Made by a program: the position numbers and the translations under genes. Of a DNA stretch of 64,000 bases, positions 46,198-61,024 are shown piece by piece; position 1 is the stretch's first letter, and every line of letters begins with the position of its first letter. Location of the stretch: assembly GCA_964016885.1 (NCBI GenBank), contig OZ024750.1, positions 17,298,001 through 17,362,000 on the forward strand, read 5' to 3'. Under the pieces are notes generated by a model. It made no database searches, was not told where the DNA came from, and saw nothing but the letters and a program-made list of their open reading frames with translations. This stretch comes from Eledone cirrhosa. Its lineage: Eukaryota.

Positions 46198-46456
46198 CTT
46201 GCAGTGACTGCCATATTTCCCATAATTTTTGATGCCATCCCAATATCTGATGCTGCTGATGCTGTTGCTGTTGTTGTTGTTGTTATTACTACTGATGTTG
46301 CTGCTGTTGTTGTTGTTGTTGTTGTTGTTATTACTACTGATGTTGCTGTTGTTGTTGATGTTGATATTGTTGCTGTTGTTATTACTGGTGTATTGCTGGT
46401 GTTGTTGATGTTGATATTGTTATTTCTTTTGTTAATGTTACTGTTGTTACTGTTGG

Positions 46457-46502
<46 letters not shown>

Positions 46503-46768
46503 ACTGCTGATAGTGCAGTTGCTGCTGTTGTTACTGTTGGTGCTGCTGTTGTTACAATTGTTACTGTTGTTACTGTTGTTGTTGTTGTTGTTGTTACTGC
46601 TTTTGTTATTGTTGTTGCTATTGTTGTTGTAACTGCTGGTAGTGCAGTTGTTACTGTTTTTGCTGTTGTTGCTGTTGAAATTGTTGTTACTGTTATTGTT
46701 GTTGCAACTATTACTGCTGTTGATGTTGTTGTTGTTGTTGTTGCTGCTGCTGCTGCTGATGTTGTTGT

Positions 46769-46800
<32 letters not shown>

Positions 46801-46819
46801 CTGCCACTACCGTCTCCTT
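46198..46819 (-). CDS. Candidate internal coding exon, Asn/Ser/Thr-rich low-complexity segment
   Basis: Acceptor ccattcataatcag, donor aag/gtaagt; one frame open throughout (GDGSGSNNN...[17 protein letters not shown]) with in-frame stops just outside both splice sites. Confidence 0.4.
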
Positions 46820-46889
46820 CTGATTATGAATGGATGGATATGTCCCCCACCCCACCGCTATGTTGCGCTGCTTGTCGGGAAGATGTTTA

Positions 46890-48787
46890 TGGTGGTGATG
46901 ATGATGATGTTAGTGATGGTGGTGGTTATGCTAATAATAATGATAGTGATGGTGGTGGTGGCGATAACGGCGGTGACAGTAATGATGGTGATGGTAGTGG
47001 TGATGTTGGTGATGATGATAGTGGCGATGGTAGTGGTGATGGTAGTGGCGATGGCGGTAGTGGTGATGATAGTGGTGATGGTAGTAGTGGTGATGGTAGT
47101 GGTGATGGTAGTGGCGATGGTGGTAGTCGTGATGGTAGTGGTGATGGTGGTAGTGGTGATGGTAGTGGTGATGGTAGTGGCGATGGCGGTAGTGGTGATG
47201 ATAGTGGTGATGGTAGTAGTGGTGATGGTAGTGGTGATGGTAGTGGCGATGGTGGTAGTCGTGATGGTAGTGGTGATGGTGGTAGTGGTGATGGTAGTGG
47301 TGATGGTAGTGGCGATGGCGGTAGTGGTGATGATAGTGGTGATGGTAGTAGTGGTGATGGTAGTGGTGATGGTAGTGGCGATGGTGGTAGTCGTGATGGT
47401 AGTGGTGATGGTGGTAGTGGTGTTGATGATAGTGGTGATGGTAGTGGTGATGGTGGTAGTGGTGTTGATGATAGTGGTGATGGTAGTGGTGATGGTGGTA
47501 GTGGTGATGGTGGTAGTGGTGATGGTAGTGGTGATGGTAGTGGTGATGGTGGTAGTAGTGATGGTAGTGGTGATGGTTGTAGTGGTGATGGTAGTGGTGA
47601 TGGTGGTAGTAGTGATGGTAGTGGTGATGGTGGTAGTGGTGATGGTAGTGGTGATGGTGGTAGTGGTGATGGTGGTAGTGGTGATAGTGGTAGTGGTGAT
47701 GGTGGTAGTGCTGACGATAGTGGCGATGGTGGTAGTGGTGATGGTAGTGGTGATGGTGGTAGTGGTGATGGTGGTAGTGGTGTTGATGGTAGTGGTGATG
47801 GTGGTAGTGGTGATGGTGGTAGTGGTGATGGTGGTAGTGGTGATGGTAGTGGTGATGGTAGTGGTGATGGTGGTAGTGGTGATGGTGGTAGTGGTGATGG
47901 TGGTAGTGGTGATGGTGGTAGTGCTGACGGTAGTGGCGATGGTGGTAGTGGTGATGGTGGTAGTGGTGTTGATGGTAGTGGTGTTGATGGTAGTGGTGAT
48001 GGTGGTAGTGGTGATGGTAGTGGTGATGGTGGTAGTGGTGATGGTAGTGGTGATGGTGGTAGTGGTGATGGTAGTGGTGATGGTGGTAGTGGTGATGGTA
48101 GTGGTGATGGTGGTAGTGGTGTTGATGGTAGTGGTGATGGTGGTAGTGGTGTTGATGGTAGTGGTGTTGATGATAGTGGTGATGGTAGTGGCGATGGTGG
48201 CAGTGGTGATGGTAGTGGTGATGGTGGTAGTGGTGATGGTAGTGATGATGTTGGTGGTGATGTTGATGATGGTGATGATGGTGATGGGATATTGGTGTTG
48301 ATGATAGTGGTGATGGTGGTGGTGGTGATGATGGGGGTGATGGTTATGGTGATGGTTATGGTGATGCTGAAGATGTTGGTGATAGTGATAGTGATGGTGT
48401 TGTTGATGATGCTGGTTGTGTTAATGATTTTAATGATGATGTTGGTGATGATGTTGATGATGGTGATGGTGATGGTGAGGGTGATGAAGGTAGTGGTGGC
48501 GGCGACGGTGATTGTGATGATAGTGGAGATGGTGGTGGTGGTGGCGCGTGGTGATGATGATGATGATGATGATAATAGTGAGGATGGTGAGGAAGATGAT
48601 GGTGGTGGTGGGGCGGTGGTTGTGGTGGTGGTGGTGGTGGTTGTGGTTGTGCTGGTGGTGGTGATGAGGATAATGATGATGATGATGATAATGGTGGTGA
48701 TGGTGGCGGTGGTGGTTGTGCTGGTGGTGGTGGTGGTGGTGATGGTGGTGATGATGATGATAATGATGATAATGATGGTGGTGGTGG

Positions 48788-48818
<31 letters not shown>

Positions 48819-48846
48819 GGTTGTGCTGGTGGTGGTGATGAGGATA

Positions 48847-48878
<32 letters not shown>

Positions 48879-48955
48879 GGCGGTGGTGGTTGTGCTGGTG
48901 GTGGGTGGTGATGGTGGTGGTGGTGGTGGTTGTGCTGGTGGTGGTGATGAGGATA

Positions 48956-48987
<32 letters not shown>

Positions 48988-49170
48988 GGCGGTGGTGGTG
49001 GTGGTGGTGGTGGTGGTGGTGGTGGTGGTGATGATGATGATAATGATGATAATGATGGTGGTGGTGATGGTGGTGGTGATTGTGCTGGTTGTTGTGCTGG
49101 TGGTGGTGGTGGTAATAATGATAACGGTGATGATGGTGATGATGATGATGGTGGTGGTAGTGGTTGAATA
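46890..49170. repeat. GGT/AGT/GAT triplet-derived array (12/15-bp GGTAGTGGTGAT units, 120-bp higher-order repeat near 47040-47400)
   Basis: Direct inspection. Confidence 0.9.
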
Positions 49171-50138
49171 GCTGTGACGTGTGGTGATGGTGGTGACACT
49201 AACCAGAATGATGCTGACGAAGTTTATAGTAATGGTAGTGTGGGTGGGTGGGTGTGGTTAGGGGGTAAGGGTATTAGGGTGGGGGATATGGGGTGGGGTG
49301 GGTTTGAGTGAGGCTGATGGGAGTGAGGGTAGGGGGAATGTGTTGATAGTGGTAGGGTGTTATAGATGTTAGGATAGGGGGTATGTTGTTATGGTGATGG
49401 GGTGTGACGGGTGTTAGAACAGGGGGTATGTGTTGATGGGGTGGTGGGAGAAGGGAGATAGGGGTGATGGGGCCATCTTCAACGTGTCCTTGTCTGTGAT
49501 AGGGAGTCGACTACGGTAGGGAGTTGGTTAAAGTGATGTGGGTAGGGATAGGTGGGTGAGTGAGAGAGAAAGGGGTTACATTACTGGTGGTGCTGGTGGT
49601 GATGATGTTGGTGTTGGTGGTGGCGATGGCGGTGATGTTGGTGGTGGTGGTGCTGGTGCTGGTGGTGATGTTGGTGGTGCTGGCATTGGTGGTGCTAGTG
49701 ATGTTGGTGGTGATGATGATGGTGGGGCTTGTGGTGGTTGTGGTGGTGGGGTTGTGTTAATGTTGTTGCCCGTGGTGGTGGTGGTGATGGTGGTGGTGGT
49801 GGTGGTGGTGATGGTGGTGGTGGTGATGGTGGTGGTGTTGGTGTTTGTGATGATGGTGGTGGTGGTGGTAGAGATGTTGATGTTGCGGTTGAGTATACTG
49901 TAATTGGTGAACCGGGTGAGAGAGGGAAACAGAAGACAACCACCCTTCCCCATCTCCCGCCAATGTACTGAATGATGTTGTTGTTGTTGTTGGGTAAATT
50001 TAAGTTAGTCTGATCAAGCACATATATAGTCAAAGTCATTCCAACCGTGACCATATCGTTTATTTGAGAAATATATTTCACGATATTATCAAATGAGTGC
50101 TTTATTTGTGTATATATGTATGTATCGATTTATGTATG

Positions 50139-50177
<39 letters not shown>

Positions 50178-50224
50178 TGTGTGTGTGTGTACGTGAACTT
50201 ATTTATCGATCTCTTTTTGGGTCA

Positions 50225-50890
50225 AGTTGCTAACTTCGTACATCGTGTCCGTCATCTGCTACCGCCAGGCTGTCGTGCCTTTTCCTAAGCCTTGTCTGAC
50301 TACACTGGAGCGTTTGCCCTTTCGCTTTTTGTGGAAGGGACTCGCTCCGATGGTCAAGCGGTCCATCTGCTGTCAACACCCGCTCCGTGGAGGATTGGGC
50401 ATGCCGTGGCTGATGATGCGCAGACATCTGTTGACGCTACGACATCTCTAGATCTTCCTCGACGGTGAACAGATGTGGTTGCCTTTTCCTTGACGGAGCT
50501 GCAATCCTGGGTCAAGCGGAGACCGAGAGGGAGCGCTTGGAAACTGGAATGACTTGAATCGGGCACTGCGGTCTGTGGAAACTCCACCTTCGCGTTCTAT
50601 AGAGGGTTAGTGGAGGGCAAGAACGACGACGTCCTAGGGAAAACTCTGGGTGTCGACGAAAGCCAACTAGCTATTCTCTTCGAGAGGACTTTCGGTCTAG
50701 GGCCAATGGATAATTTCCAGAAGTCCCTGGCCTTGGCAATGGTACCGAGGAACTTTGCCAGTTCGAGATAAACTTTACAGGCATGGAAGAGCCGTCAGCT
50801 GGGCCTGTCCGAGATGCACATGGAGCGACGAGACCGCCCTGCACGCACAAGTCCAGTGTCCAAGCATCTATAGATTAAGCCAATTCTAGA
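50225..50890 (+). pseudogene. L1/Tx1-like ORF2 C-terminal fragment
   Basis: FRFLWKG...LRGGLGMP and LPVRDKLYRHG...CPRC...ETALHAQVQCP zinc-finger-like motif; stops and frameshifts. Confidence 0.8.
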
Positions 50891-50902
50891 CTTTTGTGGG
50901 AC

Positions 50903-50970
<68 letters not shown>

Positions 50971-51410
50971 CTCCCTCTGTGTGTGTCTCTCTCCTCTCTC
51001 TTTAGATGTGGTGTGTATGTGTGTGTGTGATTCAATCAACCAGCCAACCAACCAACCAGCCAACCAATAAATATCTCTCTTTTATATTATATATAGGTAT
51101 AGATAGGCATACATACACATACATACATACATGCTTATATACATATATATATGAATATATACGCGCGCACATGCTTGCACATATTCACGCATAAATATAT
51201 CCATGCATACATATGTTCATGCATGTGTATATAAATATATAGACGTGCTGCGTGAATATTTTTGTGCGGTCAATATTGTATATTTATGCTGAGTGCGATA
51301 TCAAACTATGTATAGGATATCCTCTGGGAATCTGTATCCAGACTGATATTAAGATATGGTATCTAGTGGTGTTGTGGTGGTAGTTTATACACATACTATG
51401 GTATATATAT

Positions 51411-51858
51411 ATATAAGAGACGTAAAATAAGAAAATTATAAAATTAACTTACTTACTAAAATATCACTTCCAACTAATTAGTTTCTGGAATGGAGTAAAT
51501 ATATTTTCCGTGTTCGATTCTTTTTGAATTTGCCACAAACGTAGAGGCAGTGATTTTCTCAATGGCTTGGAATTCAGTCTACGCTTTGCTATTTCCTATC
51601 CACTGAATTATTTTTTAATAAGTTTCCAGTGTCCTCCTTTTGCCTGGAAACTTACATGAGAATAGACTTTCCTGACGACGGAATGCTTCTCCATATTATT
51701 CTTCGGAAAATATATTTACTCCATTCCAGAAACTAATTAGTTGGAAGTGATATTTTAGTAAGTAAGTTAATTTTATAATTTTCTTATTTTACGTCTCTTA
51801 TATTATTGTTCTGCCACCCCATGCATTGAACCACACTGTTATTAAGACAAAACCTATA
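51411..51858 (+). mobile_element. Family E fold-back element with 100-bp perfect arms
   Basis: 51411-51510 is the reverse complement of 51704-51803; TA-flanked. Confidence 0.78.
51666..51748 (+). ncRNA. Type I hammerhead ribozyme (family E)
   Basis: actttc CTGACGA cggaatg...cattcca GAAA ctaattag TT ggaagt; palindromic ACTAATTAGT; GUU site. Confidence 0.7.
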
Positions 51859-51917
51859 TATTTTCTAGCATTGATATGCATCTGTATGTATATATATGTT
51901 ACTAGATATGAATTCTT

Positions 51918-51961
<44 letters not shown>

Positions 51962-52407
51962 TGAATAAATACACAGGTGCCTATAGTGAGATATCCTCTG
52001 TGGAGTTGTGTATACACTGAGGGTGAGATATGGTCTCTGGCCCCTGAATTGCAGAAGTACTTATTTATATAAATGTATACTAGAAGGGACATAATAATTT
52101 TTTGATTTAGGCCGGAGAAAGTCGATTAAACTGACCGCAGTGCGTTACTAGTACTTTATTTTATTGAAATCATCAGAGGAAACTATATATATATATATAT
52201 AAAATATTAAAAAAATAATGAATAAAACAATGAAACAGTTCCTTATATTAAACAAAAAAAGTTCATTATTTAACGATCGTTTCTAGGATATATATGTGTT
52301 AGAATTGGCATGCATATTCAACAGATCTATGTACAAAATTATACAAAATTATACAAACTATCAAGATTAAATATACATACCAAACACACATATATGCCGT
52401 CTTCAGA

Positions 52408-52537
<130 letters not shown>

Positions 52538-52605
52538 GGATGGAAAAGAATGAAACGAAATTTCATTTTTCACTCTTAGTACGGCTGATACATACTTATA
52601 TTTAT

Positions 52606-52670
<65 letters not shown>

Positions 52671-53040
52671 GAAAGTGTTAGAGAGTTGGAAGTAGCACTG
52701 AAATTTCGAATTTACTATGAACTTTTTCTTCAAAATGAATATTTTACTTTGTTCAGTAGTACGAAGTGTTCATTCAGTTAATGTTAGAACGTTCTATGTA
52801 TATTGGATTTAAGACAGACAATTCAATAGATACATGCGTATATACATATATATACGTACATGTATGTATGATCCTGTAACTCCTGATAGAGTCGTAGGGA
52901 CGCCGTATTGACATACGACGTTTCTTGGCCATTTTATGCCTGGCAGAGCTCTTCCCATTCCAGGCCCGAGTACAGCAGATTTCTTCCAGAGAAAGATAGA
53001 AAGTTAGAGACAGGAAATGGGAAAGATATATAAAGGAAGA

Positions 53041-53199
53041 ATCGACCCCAGTACTAGACTGGTACTTTTTTTTATCGACCTCGAAAGGATGAAAGGCAAA
53101 GTTGACCTCGGCGAGATTTGAACTCAGAGAGCTGAGACCCGGAATGAATAACATAAAGCATTCTATCCGACGTTCTAACGACTCTGCCAATTCGCCGCC
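53041..53199 (-). mobile_element. Older SINE S1-related copy
   Basis: Reverse complement of A box, gagttcaaatc and body. Confidence 0.8.
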
Positions 53200-53274
53200 T
53201 ATATATACATACATGCGCACATACATACCTATATATACATACATACGTACATACATACATACATACACGCATAC

Positions 53275-55063
53275 ATGGTGGCTGCCAACTCGTTTTCGAG
53301 TACGGCCACTACTTTATATCCATGTAGGAGAACCCCTACCAATGCGCTGAACGAATGTGACTTTTTAGTCCAGCCAGTGACTTGAAAACTCTGGTACAAA
53401 CACTACACTTGTGACAATCATTGACACATAGTGCTGGGCCCATGGTACCATGTGACGGCAAGTGCAGAGAGATCTCCAGATATAAAGCAATGCCTGTGCT
53501 GTGAAGCTTTTATAGTGAGCAAAGGCACTGCACAAAACCAGTCCCACTCTCTTAACCAAGATGATATTTACCAAAAAGAAGAACAAGTCAACATCATTGG
53601 ATACCATCAGGGTTGCAGGTGTTACATCAGAGTTTTCCTTCTCCTAGAATTCTGCCTTGACAAAGGCTAAGGGGTCATCTCTCTTGGTGATTTTGGATGG
53701 CCATTGACTCTTAAGAGCTCCTTTGCCCTTTGACAGGTTTTGTTTTTAGTCCTGCAGGATTTCCAAAGTCACCCTCCTCACCAAGAAACCTTGGTGGGGT
53801 TGCCAGTTTAGTCGCCAACGACCCGACCCGACATACATACATACATACATACATACATACATACATACATACATACATACATACATACATGAACTTGGAT
53901 TTGTGGGCAAAGAACGCAGCTCCCTAATTCATTGACTACAAATGGCTGCGATAGCTGGCAACTTCAAAATTTGCAAAACATTCTTGCAATTCAAGAGATG
54001 ACAATTTCTTTTCTTTTACAACCTTGCCACCAGGAAGGTGGCTAGTCAAAGACGTACTCAAAATTAAGAGAAAAAGAAACATACATACATTCATACATAC
54101 ATACATACATACATACATACATACATACATACATACATACATACATACATGGTGGCTGCCAACTCGTTTTCGAGTATGGCCACTACTTTATATCCATGTA
54201 GGAGAACTCCTACCGATGCGCTGAACGAGTGTGACTTTTTAGTCCAGCCAGCGACTTGAAAACTCTGGTACAAACACTACACTTGTGACAATTATTGACA
54301 CACAGCGCTGGGCCCATGGTACCATGTGATGACAAATGCAGAGAGATCTCCAGATATAAAGCAATGCCTGTGCCGTGAAGCTTTTATAGTGAGCAAAGGC
54401 ACTGCACAAAGCCAGTCCCACTCTCTTAACCAAGATGATATTTACCAAAAAGAAGAACAAGTCAACATCATTGGATACCATCAGGGTTGCAGGTGTTACA
54501 TCAGAGTTTTCCTTCTCCTAGAATTCTGCCTTGACAAAGGCTAAGGGGTCATCTCTCTTGGTGATTTTGGATGGCCATTGACTCTTAAGAACTCCTTTGC
54601 CCTTTGACAGGTTTTGTTTTTAGTCCTGCAGGATTTCCAAAGTCACTCTCCTCACCAAGAAACCTTGGTGGGGTTGCCAGTTTAGTCGCCAACGACCCGA
54701 CCCGACATACATACATACATACATACATACATACATACATACATACATACATACATACATACATACATACATACATACATACATGAACTTGGATTTGTGG
54801 GCAAAGAACGCAGCTCCCTAATTCATTGACTACAAATGGCTGCGATAGCTGGCAACTTCAAAATTTGCAAAACATTCTTGCGATTCAAGAGATGACAATT
54901 TCTTTTCTTTTACAACCTTGTCACCAGGAAGGTGGCTAGTCAAAGATGTACTCAAAATTAAGAGAAAAAGAAACATACATACATTCATACATACATACAT
55001 ACATACATACATACATACATACATACATACATACATACATACATACATACATAGATACATACA

Positions 55064-55097
<34 letters not shown>

Positions 55098-55116
55098 CAT
55101 ACATACATACATACAT
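53275..55116. repeat. 874-bp tandem duplication bounded by (ACAT)n
   Basis: Unit 1 starts 53275, unit 2 starts 54149; roughly 20 differences by eye. Confidence 0.93.
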
Positions 55117-55681
55117 ATAATTGTATAAGTGTACCTCTGCGCATGTGTATCTGTATGTGTGTGCTCCTACATAGCTATACAGGTCCCTAAATATTTACAG
55201 AGAGACCCCTATTATAAAAGACATGTAGAGTTATTGATGACGTACACTCCTTCAGAAAAAGGGGCCTATATCACAGTCACACGTTGAGGCAGACGTTCTT
55301 CAATAGGGGCTAAATATACCTTGCAATATGACAATACATTGGACAAATAGTAAAACACACTCTAGAGCAATTTGTTTGGTCTTGTATTTAACAGTGTAAG
55401 TATGTGTTTGTGATGGTGGTGACGGGGGTGATGGTGGTTGTGGTGGGGGATGGTGGTGACGGGGGTGATGGTGGTTGTGGTGGGGGATGGTGGTGTTGGG
55501 GATGATGGTTGTTGTGGTGGGTGATGGTGGTGTTGGGGATGATGGTGGTTGTGGTGATGTGTCTTTTGTATTCAGTGATGCTTAAAAGAAATATTGGGCT
55601 TCGTACACACACAGACACACACACACGTATATATATACATATATATATGTATATACATACATACATATATGTGAGTATACA

Positions 55682-55713
<32 letters not shown>

Positions 55714-55742
55714 CATACATACATACATATATGTGAGTATAC

Positions 55743-55815
<73 letters not shown>

Positions 55816-55935
55816 TATATATATGTATATGTATGAATAGATATAAGTATAAATAATATATATATATATATAGACATATATATATATATATAGACATATA
55901 TATATGTATATGTATGAATAGATATATGTATAAAT

Positions 55936-55987
<52 letters not shown>

Positions 55988-56254
55988 TGTGTAAATTTAT
56001 GTTTAAGTATGCAGTATGTATGTATGTATGTATGTATGTATGTATGTATGTATGTATGTATATATGTATGTATATGTGTATGTGTATATATATGTGAATA
56101 TATAACATTGTTGATTCTGGGTAATATTACATACATTGAAAAGATATATAATAGCTGTAAATCTGTGAATATCGTTTACAGTCACACACTGCAGGTGATT
56201 CGGTTAGTGAACAAACATACATACATACAAACATATATATATATACATATATAT

Positions 56255-56322
<68 letters not shown>

Positions 56323-56361
56323 ATATATATATGTATATATATATATATGTATATATATATG

Positions 56362-56397
<36 letters not shown>

Positions 56398-56398
56398 G

Positions 56399-56472
<74 letters not shown>

Positions 56473-56485
56473 GTATATATATATG

Positions 56486-56626
<141 letters not shown>

Positions 56627-56716
56627 CGTATTTAAGAAAGCCACAACAATGCAGAGGGAAATCTCGAGGTAGGAAGTGAAAGATAGATGTATATATATAT
56701 ATGTATATATATATAT

Positions 56717-56910
56717 ATAGGAAAACGTTTAACCCCGACGGCAGAGCTCAAGCCGTTTCGACGGCTGTTTCTGAGCCCAGAAATAGCCGCCGAAACAGCT
56801 TGAGCTCTGTCGTCGGGGTTAAACTTTTTCCTATTACCCACTCTACTACCCTAAGTATTGAGTACTCTGGTGCGTTATGGTCTATCTGGTTCCTTGCCAC
56901 ATTTCCTTCG

Positions 56911-56911
<1 letters not shown>
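56717..56911 (+). mobile_element. Family B fold-back element
   Basis: Arms ggaaaacgtttaacccc/ggggttaaactttttcc plus tail. Confidence 0.75.
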
Positions 56912-56957
<46 letters not shown>

Positions 56958-56975
56958 TATGTGTATGTATATGTA

Positions 56976-57050
<75 letters not shown>

Positions 57051-57310
57051 GTATGTATATATATATATCTATGTATGTATATGTATATATATGTATGTGT
57101 GTATGTATATATATGTATATATGTATGTATGTATGTATATATATGTATGTATGTATATATATATATATGTATGTATATATATATATAACAGTCACATAGT
57201 ACGGCTCTTTCTTTGGTCAGTAAACAAACAGCTATCGATAGAGAGGTATATAGACATAACTAGATATGTAGAGGTATGTTTGTATATATATGTATATATA
57301 TATATATACA

Positions 57311-57384
<74 letters not shown>

Positions 57385-57799
57385 AATATACATATATATA
57401 TACACATATATATATATATATATACACACATATATACATATATATATACACATATATATATATATATATATTAACAATAACCACAAATCTAATTTAGTTC
57501 ATTGGTCATGTGTGTCTGGGTATGTACATTTATATAATTACTTACATTCAGACACACACGTGTGTATATGTTTCTGTGTTCATATGTGTGTGGGGGGGGG
57601 GCTACACTGCTCTGTGGTAGATATTCTACAACAATCACGTAGAGAACTCCTCAGTTTTATTGTAAGAAACTTAAACAATTAAACTTTTCCTCTAAATTAA
57701 TGTAGGCGTGTGTTAAAATATATAGAATTACATGGGTGTAGCTATTTCTAAGTGTGTGTATATATATATATGTGTGTGTATGTATATATATATATATAT

Positions 57800-57955
57800 G
57801 TGCCGCCACTTACCCCGTTCAACCGTGCAAAGTGCTGGTGAAAGGCCTCACACATCTGCCTGGAATTGCTCAGCTTGTGTCTGTCTCAGTCCATCAATGA
57901 CCAAATTGTGGTTATATTACCACGCTGCGACTTTGCCACATGGGCCCATCGAACA
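57800..57955 (-). pseudogene. L1/Tx1-like ORF2 linker fragment
   Basis: KSQRGNITTIWSLMD*...QMCEAFHQHFARL, resembles the EN-RT linker. Confidence 0.5.
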
Positions 57956-57998
57956 GCTTTGTGTGTGTGTGTGATTATATATATATATATATATATAT

Positions 57999-58381
57999 CA
58001 GACAGGGTGTGATAAAATACCAGGTGGACCATAACCCACCAGAGTACTCGATACTGGGGGTAGTAGAGTGGGTAATATGAAAAGATTCAGGACCCTGACG
58101 GCTGAGCACCGGCCGTTTCGACAGCTAGATCCGAATTCAGCCGTCAGGCTCCTGAATCTTTACATATATATATATATATTTATACATAGGAACGAGTAGG
58201 ACCCCGACGGCTGTGCTCAAGCCGTTTCGACGGCTAGTTCTGGACTCCAGAATTAGCCGTTGAAACGGCTTGAGCTCAGCCGTCGGGTTCCTACTCGTTC
58301 CTATTACCCACTCTACTACCCTAAGTATTGAGTACTTTGGTGCGTTATGGTCCACCTGGTTCCTTACCACATTTCCTTCGT
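57999..58381. mobile_element. Two adjacent family B elements in opposite orientation (57999-58164 minus, 58186-58381 plus)
   Basis: Both have hairpin plus tail, separated by a short TA tract. Confidence 0.75.
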
Positions 58382-58489
58382 TATATATATACATATATCG
58401 TTGTAGGGTTGCAAGCTAAATGCGTCCGTAGGCGATATGCCCGTTGAGCACTCGTTGCTCGCGCAGATACAGAGTATAATATTATAAAG

Positions 58490-58588
58490 AACATATCTGA
58501 AGAACTTTACTTTCTATTGCAGAGTCGGGTTCGATCTGTAATAGATCTTGCCTCGAGCTGATCGATAGAGAAACATATGTAATATGTT
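58490..58588 (+). ncRNA. Type I hammerhead ribozyme (family G), second copy
   Basis: aacatat CTGAAGA ... GAAA catatg TA atatgtt; stem II base weak. Confidence 0.62.
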
Positions 58589-58665
58589 AATAAATGTGAT
58601 ATGATGCAACACTGAATACTCGTTCTTTATAATAATTATATATATATATATATATAATATATATA

Positions 58666-58715
<50 letters not shown>

Positions 58716-58931
58716 ATTTACTTTTATCCTTCTATGTTGTTCACTTGTCCCCCTCGCTTTACGCGATTTACTGGTCCCAATAACTTTTTTTAGTTATTGC
58801 TCGCACCAACCTGAGGTATATGATTTTTAATGCGATGAAATACCAATGATGGTTGGAAAATCACTGACGAAGGACTATTTTTATCATATGTAACCTATGT
58901 GCAACCACGCAGTATTCTTCTTTCTTCTCAC

Positions 58932-58967
<36 letters not shown>

Positions 58968-59549
58968 TATAGATATATATATAGATATAGATATATAGAT
59001 TACACAATAATCAAAGCTATGTTCAAATCATTTTATTGCTGACAATCTTTTCTTCCAAACTTTCGTTTGGAATCATCGGGGCGCTAGCAATGTTTGTACA
59101 TATAATTAACCTCCTATTCAACTGAACAATCATATAGATACATGGATATTAATGTTGTCAACAACAGTTTCGTATTTACAGTAATAAGGAAGTAATGAAT
59201 TACTGAGCTTTCCTGTTTATAGTTGTATATAGTGTATACATAACTCTAAATAATATTATTATTATTTCGTTTCTGAATTTGTTTAGCAAGATTCTTTATC
59301 TGAAAACGTGTGTTGAAACCGATATTGTTATACTTTGGGAAGGTCATGTTGCCAATAAGAAACACACGCACCTGTTGCTTTCACTTCAATTTATTATAAT
59401 AAATTTATAAATTTAGGAATTTATAAATTTCCGGTTGGTTGGTTCCACAACCAGATGGTTGTTTATATATTGTCAAAGTTCTTTCGTCACACATTCTGTG
59501 ACCTCTTCAGTGACTGGAGGTTCTTTTCTTTGTTTTTTGTTTTTTAATT

Positions 59550-59610
<61 letters not shown>

Positions 59611-60116
59611 GCGGTGCCCCAGCATGGCCTCAGCCGGATGGCTGAAACAGGTAAAAGAGTATATGAATTTATATTCTAAAAACTGAACCATGCACGCTTT
59701 TTTTAAAACTATCATATAATATAATAAAAACACCACACCACCCAGCCTGGTTGCCCTATTCTCCCTTCTTCCCTACGCCTCAGTGTCCTTCTTTGTCCAT
59801 ACTTTGGACCACGGTCCTTATTCTCTTCTGTTTCACTATTTCTCACCTTTCTATATTTCTCTCCTTTGGCTGAAACCTTGTGTAATCTGCCTCGAGGCAT
59901 AACTTGTCTCTACGTCTTTTATTATGTCACAATATGCACTGGAATGAAGAGTAATGACCTAAATATCCGAAACCATAGTGATTTCCAGAGTTTGACTGAG
60001 GAGATGTGACTGTTCGTCTTTGCGTTGTTCTTTTTCTTTTCCATTGTCTTCGGCCTGTGTACTCCATATTTTGAATATATATATTATATATATATAATAT
60101 ATATATATGTATATAT

Positions 60117-60244
<128 letters not shown>

Positions 60245-60271
60245 ATATGTATATATGTATATATATATATG

Positions 60272-60348
<77 letters not shown>

Positions 60349-60513
60349 CAAGGAAACAACAATCAGAGGTAGGTACAAAAAGTCTTAGTTTCACGCTTTA
60401 TATGGAAAAGAGGACAGAAAGTTAGACGTGTCGGTCTTTAGCCCTTCTTCGGGAGTACAGAAATAGAGACAGGATCACAAAGGATAGATACAGAAAATAA
60501 AGGTTGTCTTGAA

Positions 60514-60580
<67 letters not shown>

Positions 60581-61024
60581 AATATATATTTATATATATA
60601 TATATCAACCACGATCACTACAACCACCTCTCCAACTTTCGCCACTGCCACCACCACCACGACCACCACTACCACCACCACTGCAACCACTCCACCACCA
60701 CCACTAACACACCCACCACCACCACCACCACCGCTACCACCACAACTACCACTACCACTGCCACCACACCACCACCACCACCACCACTGCAACCACTCCA
60801 CCACCACCACCACCACAGCAACCGCCACCTAACCGCTACCACCACCACTACCACTACCACTGCCACCACACCACCACCACCACCACCACTGCAACCACTC
60901 CACCACTACCACAGCAACCGCCACCTAACCGCTACCACCACCACTACCACTACTACTGCCACCACCACCACCACCACCACCACCACTCCATAACCACCAC
61001 CAGTACAACCACCACCCAAATACA

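Noticed and set aside
46642-49199. 841-aa, 757-aa and 491-aa ORFs (GSGD, PSPL, VVM repeats)
   Set aside because: Open in several frames on both strands because the triplet array is stop-poor; no domain or splice support
53765-53830. HDV-like ribozyme in the duplicated unit
   Set aside because: Only a simple hairpin is evident; the nested double pseudoknot could not be assembled
57806-57860. Minus-strand exon with GTAAGT donor
   Set aside because: Better explained as an L1/Tx1 ORF2 fragment reading through the site
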